The notes beneath the pieces are model-generated. The model was not told the origin of the DNA and ran no database searches. It saw nothing but the letters and a program-made list of their open reading frames with translations. 55,751 bases of DNA, from assembly GCA_945860945.1 (NCBI GenBank), contig CAMASG010000005.1:1-55751 (forward strand), in the 5' to 3' direction. Positions 18,986 to 28,066 of the stretch are shown piece by piece (position 1 is the first letter of the stretch; every line of letters begins with the position of its first letter). The stretch comes from Akkermansia muciniphila (GTDB lineage Bacteria; Verrucomicrobiota; Verrucomicrobiia; Limisphaerales; SIAT01). The position numbers and the translations under genes are program-made.

Positions 18986-19183
18986 ATGAATACGCCGAAC
19001 ACACAAATGGAAATCAACTTCGACAGCAACCCGCCGTCTCGCTGCTTTCCGCGTCAACGGACGCGGATGGAACAGGCGCAGTGGTGGTTTGCGCGGATCC
19101 GGCAAGTGGTGAATGCCGCCGGAACAGCGCAGCCAGCTCCGACGGCGCGTCCCGTGCAGGAGCGTTTCGAAATCGCTGCATGA
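18986..19183 (+). CDS. Small hypothetical protein (65 aa)
   Basis: GAAAGGA RBS-like sequence upstream, fills an intergenic gap, amphipathic AQWWFARIRQVV helix. Confidence 0.65.
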   Translation: MNTPNTQMEINFDSNPPSRCFPRQRTRMEQAQWWFARIRQVVNAAGTAQPAPTARPVQERFEIAA

Positions 19184-19285
19184 ACATGGTTGGGGAGCGA
19201 ACCTTGGCGACGATGAAACTGGCGCGGAAAGCCTTATAGCTCAAAAGTCTTTTGAGGAACGTGGTCGGCTGCTATGCTAGCGGCG

Positions 19286-19957
19286 ATGAATACGCAGGTA
19301 TTGATTGACGGCTTAATTAGTTATCTCTGCTTCATCCCGTTGCTGACCTTTCATGAGTTCGCGCACGCGTGGGTGGCGTGGAAGTGCGGCGACAACACGG
19401 CGCGGGATCAAGGTCGAGTGACGCTCAACCCGATCGCGCACATCGACACCGTCGGCACAATCGTGCTGCCGCTCCTCAGTGTTTTTCTCGGTGCGACGGC
19501 CGCGTCGGGCCTCTCGTCGTTCATCATCGGCTGGGGCCGGCCGGTGCCGGTGAATTTGAGCAATCTCTCGAAGCCACGCTGGCACGACACGCTCATCGCG
19601 CTGGCGGGCCCCGCGATGAACGTGCTACTCGCCATCGCCATCGTGGGCATTGGCAAGATTGCGGGAATGTTCGGAGCCGCTGCGGTCGTCGAGATGGCGG
19701 ATCGGTTGGCGGTGCTCAGCTTGTTCCTTTGCTTCTTCAACATGCTGCCCATCCCGCCGCTCGACGGCTCGCATGTGGTGAAAAATCTCATCCGGATGAA
19801 ACACGAGACCTACTGGCAGCTCTGCCAATGGGGATTCATCGCGGTAATCATCATCTGGCAAATCCCCGCGGTGCGCATGGCAGTCGGGCTTGCGACGGTA
19901 CTCTGTCTCAACGTGATTCGCTTCGCCTTCGCGCTGCCGCCGTTCCGCGGATTCTGA
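19286..19957 (+). CDS. Site-2 protease family (M50) membrane metalloprotease
   Basis: HEFAH, LAGP, NMLPIPPLDG. Confidence 0.93.
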   Translation: MNTQVLIDGLISYLCFIPLLTFHEFAHAWVAWKCGDNTARDQGRVTLNPIAHIDTVGTIVLPLLSVFLGATAASGLSSFIIGWGRPVPVNLSNLSKPRWHDTLIALAGPAMNVLLAIAIVGIGKIAGMFGAAAVVEMADRLAVLSLFLCFFNMLPIPPLDGSHVVKNLIRMKHETYWQLCQWGFIAVIIIWQIPAVRMAVGLATVLCLNVIRFAFALPPFRGF

Positions 19958-20926
19958 GTGATGAACCCCGCCGCGCCGCCGCCAAACTCCGGGGCCACGC
20001 GCCGCGCGGTGATTGATGTCGGCACCAATTCCGTGAAGCTCCTCGTGGCCGACGTGGTCGGGGATCGCGTCGAAACCATATTGGAACGCAGTGAACAAAC
20101 GCGGTTGGGCGCGGGCTTTTACACGGATCACCGGCTGCAGTCGGAGAACATCGCCGCGACCGCGCGTGTGGTGGCGGAGTTCGCTGCGCTGGCGCGAGGG
20201 CAGGGGGCGACTGCGCCGCGTGTCATTGCCACCAGCGCGGCCCGCGAGGCGGTGAACGCGGGGGAGTTGCTTGCGGCAGTTCAAACGTCCGCCGGTTTGC
20301 AAGTCGAGGTGATTTCCGGCGAGCAGGAAGCCGAGTGGGTTTATCGAGGCGCGACGCAGGGACTGAATGCGGACGATCGGTTATTTCTCGTGATGGACTT
20401 GGGTGGTGGCAGCACCGAATTCATTCTCGGTCACGGCGGACATCAGGTGGCGCGGTGCAGCGTGAAGCTCGGCACCGTGCGTTGGTTGGAGCAAATGCCG
20501 CCGAGCGATCCGCCGACGGCGGCGGAGTTGGAGCGATGCCGTGCGAGTTTGCGTGAGTTCCTCGCGAAAGAGGTGGAACCATTGCTGACCGCCGCGTGGG
20601 ATTCGCTTGGCCGACGTCCGGAATGCCTCATCGGGACCGGCGGGGCCTCGACGATTCTCGCGCGGATGGAGAAGCGTCTAATCAAGCACGACAGTCAGCA
20701 AATCGAGGGAACACAACTCACTGCGGTGCAGGTGCGCACGCGCGTGGAGGAGTTGTGGGGGCTGCCGCTGGCGCGCCGGTGCGAAGTGCCGGGACTGCCG
20801 GCGAATCGCGCGGACGTGATGCTTTTCGGCGCGGCTATTTACGAGGCGGTGATGGAGCGGTTCCGCATCTCGGAGCTGCGAATGAGGACGCGCGGGTTGC
20901 GTCACGCGGCGGTGTTGGCGGATTGA
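19958..20926 (+). CDS. ppx: Ppx/GppA exopolyphosphatase family protein
   Basis: IDVGTNS, ATSAAREA, GEQEA, DLGGGSTE. Confidence 0.93.
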   Translation: MMNPAAPPPNSGATRRAVIDVGTNSVKLLVADVVGDRVETILERSEQTRLGAGFYTDHRLQSENIAATARVVAEFAALARGQGATAPRVIATSAAREAVNAGELLAAVQTSAGLQVEVISGEQEAEWVYRGATQGLNADDRLFLVMDLGGGSTEFILGHGGHQVARCSVKLGTVRWLEQMPPSDPPTAAELERCRASLREFLAKEVEPLLTAAWDSLGRRPECLIGTGGASTILARMEKRLIKHDSQQIEGTQLTAVQVRTRVEELWGLPLARRCEVPGLPANRADVMLFGAAIYEAVMERFRISELRMRTRGLRHAAVLAD

Positions 20927-21011
20927 GTTGCCACTCAATCGTCACAGAAGCACGGTTTGCTTTTCTTCCAGCTAAGGCTAGTTTGGTTCGGAATCCAACG
21001 AACGGATACCT

Positions 21012-21764
21012 ATGCGCTCCAGCCAAAGCCAGTCGTATCAATTCCCCGCACTGCGAGCCTTCACGCTCATCGAACTGCTCGTGGTCATCGCCATCATCGG
21101 CATTCTCGCCAGCATGCTGCTGCCGGCGTTGGGCCAGGCGAAAAAGCGCGCGCACGCCACCACGTGCCTTTCGAATATGAAGCAGTGGGCGACGAGCATC
21201 CATATGTACCTGAATGACAATCGGGACATTTTTCCGCACGAGGGAAACTCCGGCGACATCAGCACGGCGAAAAACCTGTCCGCGTGGTTCAACCAAGTGC
21301 CGCTGTTGATGAGCCAGACGCCGCTCAAGGATCTTTATGCGGCGGGGTTGCCGCCGCTTCCCAACGCCAAATCCATTTACGGCTGCCCCAGCACGATGAC
21401 GAGCCTGACGGTGACTCCGACGGTCACCAAAGCTTTCTTCATGTACGCCTTCGGCAACCGCATGGATCCGAACGACACAATCACGGGCCAAAACAACCGT
21501 TTCTTCACGAGCGATCAGGTGGTGAATCCGTCGCAGACCGTGATTTTCACGGAGAACAACGAGGACAATTTCCCTTCCTCCTCCGGCCTCTACACGCTGG
21601 CCCGGCACGACCGGAAGGCGAACCTCGCGATGTGCGATGGCAGCGCCAGTATTGTTCCCGATGCCGACTTCCGCCGCACCGCCGCCGAGGACAATAGTTC
21701 CGTCGTGGAGTGGGCCGTATCGCGCAAGGTGTACTGGTATCCCTTCACCGGCGCGGCGAACTAA
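21012..21764 (+). CDS. Prepilin-type N-terminal cleavage protein with H-X9-DG motif
   Basis: [25 protein letters not shown] and [12 protein letters not shown]. Confidence 0.93.
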   Translation: MRSSQSQSYQFPALRAFTLIELLVVIAIIGILASMLLPALGQAKKRAHATTCLSNMKQWATSIHMYLNDNRDIFPHEGNSGDISTAKNLSAWFNQVPLLMSQTPLKDLYAAGLPPLPNAKSIYGCPSTMTSLTVTPTVTKAFFMYAFGNRMDPNDTITGQNNRFFTSDQVVNPSQTVIFTENNEDNFPSSSGLYTLARHDRKANLAMCDGSASIVPDADFRRTAAEDNSSVVEWAVSRKVYWYPFTGAAN

Positions 21765-21770
21765 GCTGCG

Positions 21771-22922
21771 TCAGCCCTTCGCCCCGACCAATCGCTCGTG
21801 CTCGATTACAAGGTAGCGATCGGTCATGCCCGCGAGATAATCGCAAATGGCGCGCTGTTTGCCTGCCTTGCGGAGCCGCTGCCGCGACTGCGTGCCGAGC
21901 TGCTGCGGATGTTCGAGGAAGTAGCGGAATAAATCTTCCATCAGTCGCACGGCGCGAATATTTGGCTCGTGGACGACGGGGTTGAAATAGAGGTTGGCGT
22001 AAAGATATTCGCGCAGTTCCGCGTTCAGATTCCGCCGCGTCGCGCTGTATTGAACGAGCGGTTTCGCGTGCAGACGCACCTCATCGGCGGACTTCACGCC
22101 GGCGTCGCGAATGTGCTGCTCGGTGGTCGTCACCACGTCTTTCACCTGCTCATCAATGAGGCAGCGGATGATGAAGTAACGTCGGCATTCGTCGGCCAGT
22201 TCGCCGTGCTCCTTTCGGATGCGCCGTGCCGCGCGGCCCCAGAGCGTGACTTCGCGCGCGAGTTTCCGCTCGTCGAGTAGGCCGGTGTCGAGGCCGTCGT
22301 CGAGGTCGTGGTTGTAGTAGGTGATCTCGTCGGCGAGGTTGGCGACCTGCGCTTCGAGCGCGGAATGCTTCGCGTCGAATCCGCGCCGGCGGCTTGGATG
22401 ATCGTAAGCAGTGTAATGCTTCACCAGTCCTTCGCGCGTCTCCCATGTCAGGTTCAAGCCGTGGAAACCGGGATACTTCTGCTCGAGTTCCTCGACGATG
22501 CGAAGGCTCTGGCTGTTGTGCTCGAAGCCGCCGTGGCGGCGCATCAACTTGTTCAACGCCGCCTCACCTTTGTGGCCGAAGGGGGAATGGCCGAGGTCAT
22601 GCGCGAGCGCGATGGTCTCGGCGAGATCCTCGTTCAAACACAGCGCGCGCGCGATGCTGCGGGCCGTGGCGGCGACCTCCATCGTGTGCGTGAGGCGCGT
22701 GCGCAGATGATCGCCCGTGCCGTTGAGGAAAACCTGTGTCTTGTATTCGAGCCGGCGGAAAGCCCGCGAGTGAATCACACGGTCGCGGTCGCGCTGATAC
22801 TCGGTGCGCCAGTCGGGCGATGTCTCCTTGTGCTTGCGACCGCGGGTGTCGGCGGAGAATTGCGCGTACGGAGCGAGGTGCTGCCGTTCGAGTTGCTCGA
22901 GTTCTTCGCGCGTGCGGGGCAT
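21771..22922 (-). CDS. dgt: dNTP triphosphohydrolase (dGTPase)
   Basis: RDRDR, KTQVF, RTRLTH, HDLGHSPFGH, DYLAGMTD. Confidence 0.95.
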   Translation of the reverse strand: MPRTREELEQLERQHLAPYAQFSADTRGRKHKETSPDWRTEYQRDRDRVIHSRAFRRLEYKTQVFLNGTGDHLRTRLTHTMEVAATARSIARALCLNEDLAETIALAHDLGHSPFGHKGEAALNKLMRRHGGFEHNSQSLRIVEELEQKYPGFHGLNLTWETREGLVKHYTAYDHPSRRRGFDAKHSALEAQVANLADEITYYNHDLDDGLDTGLLDERKLAREVTLWGRAARRIRKEHGELADECRRYFIIRCLIDEQVKDVVTTTEQHIRDAGVKSADEVRLHAKPLVQYSATRRNLNAELREYLYANLYFNPVVHEPNIRAVRLMEDLFRYFLEHPQQLGTQSRQRLRKAGKQRAICDYLAGMTDRYLVIEHERLVGAKG

Positions 22923-22936
22923 CGGATGGAAAGAGA

Positions 22937-24175
22937 TTAGCTGTTGGCGAGTAATTGCTCGAACGGTTCGCCCTTCAACTCGAACAGGCGGCGCATCACA
23001 TCCTCGATCAGATTGTTCGGGCAGGAGGCACCGGCGGTGACGCCCACGATAATTTTTCCGGAGGGAAGCCAGTTGCGCGTCTCCATTTCTCGGTGCTCGT
23101 GGATATTGTAATGCGTGATGCTCTCGACTGAGGTCATCGTAGTGGCGTTCTTGATGAAATAGGTCGGCAACTTGGCCTCGCCCATCTCAGCGAGATGCGT
23201 GGTGTTCGAGGAGTTGTAGCCGCCGATGACGATGAGCAGGTCGACCGGTTCTCGCAGTAGCTTGCCCAAAGCGTCCTGTCGATCTTGCGTGGCGCCACAG
23301 ATGGTATCGAAGAAACGGAAATGCTTGGGAAGTTCGGCGCTGCCGTGTTTCTGCTCGATGGCGGCCTTGATGCGGCGCTGCACCTCCTCGGTCTCGCGGC
23401 GCATCATCGTGGTTTGGTTTGCCACGCCGACGGCTTGCAGATGCTGATCGGGATCGAAATCGGGCGAATAGGCTCCTTGGAACTTTTCAAGAAAGGCCTG
23501 TTTGTCCCCGCCGCGAAGGATGTAGTCGCAGACATAATCGGTCTCGGCGAGATTGTACACCACGAGGTAGTGGCCAGTGCCGTAGGCCGTGGCCTGCGAG
23601 GTCGTCGCCTTCGTCTCCTCGTGCTTGGCCTTGCCGTGGATGATGCTCGTGATCGACTCCTTCGAGTACTGCCGCACACGTTTCCAGACGCTCATTACGT
23701 CGCCGCACGTCGTGTCCACGGTTTGGCAGCCGATGGCTTCGAAGCGCCGCCGCGTGCTGACTTCGGTGCCAAAAGCGGGAATGATGATCACGTCATCCGG
23801 GGTGAGGTGCAGCGCGTCGATCTCGGCTTCCGTCGGCTTGGCCGAGACGCTCACAATACCCAGTGCGCGGATCTGATCGTTCACCTCATGGTTATGAATG
23901 ATCTCGCCGAGAAGGAAGATGCGCGTGGGCGCTGAAAAAACCTTGCGCGCGGCGTAGGCGAGGTCGATGGCGCGTTCGACGCCGTAGCAGAAGCCGAACT
24001 CCTTCGCCAGCTTCACGGTGAGCAGACCGTCGGTGGAGGAGACCGACCCAATGGCACGCATCCGTTCGACGAGTTCGCTCCGGTAGTGCGTGAACACCTG
24101 CGTTTGCACGGCCTCCATCACATCGGGACGACGGAGGTTGACCTTCTGCGGCGCGCTTGGCACGGGCGTTGACAT
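22937..24175 (-). CDS. ispH: 4-hydroxy-3-methylbut-2-enyl diphosphate reductase
   Basis: FGFCYGV, DTTC, NQTT, TICGATQDRQ, SSN, TAGASCP. Confidence 0.95.
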   Translation of the reverse strand: MSTPVPSAPQKVNLRRPDVMEAVQTQVFTHYRSELVERMRAIGSVSSTDGLLTVKLAKEFGFCYGVERAIDLAYAARKVFSAPTRIFLLGEIIHNHEVNDQIRALGIVSVSAKPTEAEIDALHLTPDDVIIIPAFGTEVSTRRRFEAIGCQTVDTTCGDVMSVWKRVRQYSKESITSIIHGKAKHEETKATTSQATAYGTGHYLVVYNLAETDYVCDYILRGGDKQAFLEKFQGAYSPDFDPDQHLQAVGVANQTTMMRRETEEVQRRIKAAIEQKHGSAELPKHFRFFDTICGATQDRQDALGKLLREPVDLLIVIGGYNSSNTTHLAEMGEAKLPTYFIKNATTMTSVESITHYNIHEHREMETRNWLPSGKIIVGVTAGASCPNNLIEDVMRRLFELKGEPFEQLLANS

Positions 24176-24225
24176 AGCAGTGTCCAGTCTAATGCTGCGG
24201 GCGTCGGCGTCGAGCCGAAAGCCGA

Positions 24226-25191
24226 TCAGGAAACCAGCAGGTTGAGAATCGCCTTTTGCGTGTGGAGCCGGTTCTCCGCCTCGTCGAAGACGGTCTCGGC
24301 GTGCGCTTCAAAGGTCTCCTCGTCAATCTCTTTGCCCCGATAAGCGGGCAGGCAATGCATCACGAGCGCGTCCGGCTTGGCGAGTTTCACGAGCGCCGCG
24401 TTGATCTGGTAACCGGAGAGATCTTGGATGCGCTGCGCCGTCTCAGATTCTTTGCCCATCGAGACCCACACGTCAGTGTAAAGCAAATCGGCTCCGCTGG
24501 CGGCCAGCGCCAAGTCCGAGGTGATCACAATCTTTCCGCCGCTCGAGCGAAAATCTGCGCGGATGATTTCGCCGCTGGACTGGGCTTCGCTGTGAACGTG
24601 GCTCGCGCCCGCGCGTTCCAGCAATGCGAGCGGCGGCTGGTACGCTTTCGGCGCGGCGATGCGCAATTCGAAGCCGAGCTTCGCCGCGGCGAAGATCCAC
24701 GAGATTGGCACGTTACACGCACCGTCCCCGACAAACGTCACCACCTTGCCCTGAATCGGTCCACGCTTTTCCTGATAGGTGAAAATGTCGGTAAGAATCT
24801 GGCACGGATGCTCGTCGTCGGTGAGCGCGTTGATGGTCGGGATGCCGGAGAACTTGGCGAAGTCCTCCACATCGCTTTGCGCGAAAGTGCGAATCACCGC
24901 GCCGTGGATCATCCGGCCGAGAACGCGCGCGCTGTCTTTGATCGGCTCGCCGCGGCCGAGCTGGATGTCGTTTGCGTTGAGGAAAAGCGGGCGGCCGCCG
25001 AGTTCGTGGATGCCAACCTCGAACGACACGCGCGTGCGTGTGGAGGATTTCGAGAAGATGAGCGCCCACGTCTGCCCCGCGAGCGGTTGATGCTGTGCGT
25101 CCTTGCGCTGCGCCTTGAAGACGGCGGCGTTTTGCAGGACGACATCCATGTCTTTGCGCGACATGCTTTCGAGGCTCAACAGATGTTTCAT
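24226..25191 (-). CDS. argF: Ornithine carbamoyltransferase
   Basis: SSTRT, HPCQ, WVSMG, HCLP; start set at MKHLLS. Confidence 0.95.
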   Translation of the reverse strand: MKHLLSLESMSRKDMDVVLQNAAVFKAQRKDAQHQPLAGQTWALIFSKSSTRTRVSFEVGIHELGGRPLFLNANDIQLGRGEPIKDSARVLGRMIHGAVIRTFAQSDVEDFAKFSGIPTINALTDDEHPCQILTDIFTYQEKRGPIQGKVVTFVGDGACNVPISWIFAAAKLGFELRIAAPKAYQPPLALLERAGASHVHSEAQSSGEIIRADFRSSGGKIVITSDLALAASGADLLYTDVWVSMGKESETAQRIQDLSGYQINAALVKLAKPDALVMHCLPAYRGKEIDEETFEAHAETVFDEAENRLHTQKAILNLLVS

Positions 25192-25255
25192 AATCCAAAT
25201 GCGGTTCGAGACTGCCGGTGAAAGGGTGTGTAAATAGCGGATGGCACGCGAGTCG

Positions 25256-25879
25256 TCACGCTGATTTCTTGGCGCGATCCGCCGCGCGCCAGAGATACCA
25301 AGCGGCGGTGGTGCGAAACGGCCGCCAACGCTCGCCGTGCGCGAGCAATTCCTTGACGGTCGGCATTTCGCGCCGGCGATAAGCGGCGCGGAAACCGCTG
25401 CGCACACCGAAGTCATCCGCCGGCAACACGTCGGGGCGGCCGAGTTGGAAAATCAAAAGCATCTCCGCCGTCCACCGGCCGACCCCGCGCACTTCAGTGA
25501 GGCGCGCGACGATCTCATCGTCAGTCAATCGGCGAATCTGGCGCGAAGGCGGCACGATGCCTTCCAAAGTTTTCGCACTGATGTCGCGAATCGAAGCGAC
25601 TTTGGCGCGCGAGAAGCCGACACCGCGCAACGCATCGTCCTCAACGGCTGACAAATCTTCCGGACGCGGAAAGCGGCGTCCGGGAAAAAGTTTCGTGAAC
25701 CGCCGCAGGATGGTGTTCGCGGCAGTGCCGTTCAATTGCTGGTGAGCGACGGCGAGAACGAGTGATTGAAAGGGCGGTCGCCGCGTCTCCGGCTTCAATG
25801 TGCACGGGCCGATTTCACGGATCAGCCGTTTCAGAACGGCGTCGCTTGCGGACAAATGATGGAGTGCGTCGTCGGTCAC
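25256..25879 (-). CDS. alkA: DNA-3-methyladenine glycosylase II (AlkA family)
   Basis: VAHQQL, HhH motif VRGVGRWTAEM, PADD, WRPFRT; start set at GTG 25879. Confidence 0.88.
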   Translation of the reverse strand: MTDDALHHLSASDAVLKRLIREIGPCTLKPETRRPPFQSLVLAVAHQQLNGTAANTILRRFTKLFPGRRFPRPEDLSAVEDDALRGVGFSRAKVASIRDISAKTLEGIVPPSRQIRRLTDDEIVARLTEVRGVGRWTAEMLLIFQLGRPDVLPADDFGVRSGFRAAYRRREMPTVKELLAHGERWRPFRTTAAWYLWRAADRAKKSA

Positions 25880-25890
25880 AGCGGGGAAGT

Positions 25891-27177
25891 TCAGACGAGG
25901 TTGGCGATGACGGATTTGATGACGTGGATGCCCTCGGCGGCCTCCTCGGGCCGCAGGTTCAACGCGGGCAGCAACCGGACGACCTGCGTCCCGCTCGGAA
26001 TCGTGAGCACACCGGCGTCGTGCAGGCGGTTGACGAACTGTAACGCGGATGTTTTGTCGTTCGCGGCGAACGCCGGGATTTGCTCCTTGCCCGCCAACTC
26101 GATGCCGATCATGAGGCCGATGCCGCGCACGCTCTTGATGACGTGCGGATATTTCGTAGCCAGCTTCAGTAATTCGCTCTTCAGAAACTCGCCCGTGTGG
26201 CGTGCGTTGTCGGCGAGTCCTTCGCGTTCGATGACTTGAAGAATCCGGAGCGCCACGGCGCAGCCGAGCGGTGTACCGCCGTAAGTCGTGCCGTGTGTGC
26301 CCGGCCCGAGCAGGTCGGCGTGCGGGCCGCGCACCCAGAACGCGCCGATGGGGAAACCGCCGCCGAGCGACTTGGCCATTGAGATGCCGTCGGGCAGAAA
26401 AGTTTCGCCACCCGGAACTCTCTCGAGGATGCGCTGATAACTTTGAAAACGTCCGGTGCGGAAGTGGCCGCACTGCACGCTGTCCATGAGCAGTAATAGT
26501 TTCTTTTCGTCGCAGAGTCGCCGCAGCTCGAGCAGATATTCCGGCGTCGCCGCCGTGATGCCGCCTTCGCCTTGGATCCCTTCGACAAGAATGGCGACCG
26601 TGGCCGGCGTGATGGCTGCGCGCATGGCGTCGAGGTCGCCATACGGAACGTGTTTGAAGCCGGTCACAATCGGCTCGAAACCCTTCTTCACTTTGTCCTG
26701 ACCGGTCGCGGCGATGCCGCCGAGGGTCCGTCCGTGGAATGAATTCTGCGCCGTGATGATTTCGAACCGACCCTCGTCGTGGCCGAACTTACGCGCGAGT
26801 TTGTAGAGGCCTTCGTTCGCCTCCGCACCGCTGTTGCAGAAAAAGATTTTTCCAGGACCAATCAAGCCCGCGAGCTTTTCGGCGAGGCGACCCTGCGGCT
26901 CGTGGTAGTAAAGATTGGAGATGTGGACGAGCTGTTTGGATTGCTCGACGAGCGCCTCGGTGATCTCCGGATGCGCGTGGCCGAGCGCGCAGACGGCGAT
27001 GCCGCCGCCGAAGTCGAGATAGCGCTTGCCGTTTACGTCCCAGAGATGGCTGCCGATCCCGCGTTTGAAGGCGAGGTCGAACCGGCCGTAGCTCGGCACA
27101 ACATGTTTCTGGAACAGCTCCTGAATGGCGCGCTGCTCGTTTTGAACGATGGGTGGCTGCGGAACAATCTCTTTCAT
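25891..27177 (-). CDS. argD: Acetylornithine aminotransferase
   Basis: NSGAEANE, SFHGRT, EGIQGEGG, AKSLGGG, HGTTYGG; within arg cluster. Confidence 0.93.
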   Translation of the reverse strand: MKEIVPQPPIVQNEQRAIQELFQKHVVPSYGRFDLAFKRGIGSHLWDVNGKRYLDFGGGIAVCALGHAHPEITEALVEQSKQLVHISNLYYHEPQGRLAEKLAGLIGPGKIFFCNSGAEANEGLYKLARKFGHDEGRFEIITAQNSFHGRTLGGIAATGQDKVKKGFEPIVTGFKHVPYGDLDAMRAAITPATVAILVEGIQGEGGITAATPEYLLELRRLCDEKKLLLLMDSVQCGHFRTGRFQSYQRILERVPGGETFLPDGISMAKSLGGGFPIGAFWVRGPHADLLGPGTHGTTYGGTPLGCAVALRILQVIEREGLADNARHTGEFLKSELLKLATKYPHVIKSVRGIGLMIGIELAGKEQIPAFAANDKTSALQFVNRLHDAGVLTIPSGTQVVRLLPALNLRPEEAAEGIHVIKSVIANLV

Positions 27178-28055
27178 AACACCACCTCCGTGCCGACGCC
27201 GGCGTCAGTGAAAATTTCGAGCAACACCGAGTGCGGCGAGCGGCCGTCCACGAACGACACTTTCTCGACGCCTGATTTGATTGCCATCACCGCGCTGTCC
27301 ACTTTCGGAATCATACCTTTGTCCACGATGCCGGCCTGCTTGAGCGCGGGCACTTCGCTGATTTGCAAATGAGTGATGAGCGTAGCGGGATTCTTCGGGT
27401 CGCGCATCAGGCCGGGCACGTCGCTCATGAAGACGAGCCGGCAGGCCTTCAGCGCGATGGCCACTTGCGCGGCGGCGACGTCCGCGTTGCAGTTGTAAAT
27501 CTTTCCATCCTCGCCGCGCGCGGTGGGGCTGATGACCGGCGTGATGCCCTGCTCGATGCACTCAAGGAGCGGCGCGGTGTTCACCGCCACCACTTCGCCG
27601 ACATAACCGATGTCGAGCTTGCTGCCGGGCTTATCTTTGTCGTCCAACCAAAGTTTGCGGCAGGTGAAGATGTCAGTGCCCGCGAAGCCGCGCGCCTTGC
27701 CACCGAGTGAATTGATCGTAGCGACGACCTCGGGGTTGATCTCGCGCGAGAGCACTCGGTCCACGACCGCGACGGTCGCTTCGTCGGTGACGCGTTGGCC
27801 TTGGATGAAGTTCGCCGCGAGCCCGGCCTTTTCCATCGCGCGGGTGATGGCTTTGCCGCCGCCGTGGACGACGATCGGATTGATCTCGACCGACTCGAGG
27901 AAAACGATGTCGCGCGCGACGCCGTTGCGCACGGACGCGTCGGGCGAGTCCATGAAGCTGCCGCCGTATTTCACGACGAACGTCGCGCCACTGAACCGCT
28001 GGATATACGGCAGCGCCTCGAGCAGCGTCGCGGCTTTGGAGATGAGGTCTTGCAT
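27174..28055 (-). CDS. argB: Acetylglutamate kinase
   Basis: EALPYI, VKYGG, VHGGG, NCNAD, GMIPKV; start set at MQDLISKA. Confidence 0.96.
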   Translation of the reverse strand: MQDLISKAATLLEALPYIQRFSGATFVVKYGGSFMDSPDASVRNGVARDIVFLESVEINPIVVHGGGKAITRAMEKAGLAANFIQGQRVTDEATVAVVDRVLSREINPEVVATINSLGGKARGFAGTDIFTCRKLWLDDKDKPGSKLDIGYVGEVVAVNTAPLLECIEQGITPVISPTARGEDGKIYNCNADVAAAQVAIALKACRLVFMSDVPGLMRDPKNPATLITHLQISEVPALKQAGIVDKGMIPKVDSAVMAIKSGVEKVSFVDGRSPHSVLLEIFTDAGVGTEVVL

Positions 28056-28066
28056 CGTCGAAAAGA

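Noticed and set aside
21771-22922. dGTPase as an anti-phage defence gene
   Set aside because: Housekeeping context directly downstream of ispH with no defence genes around.
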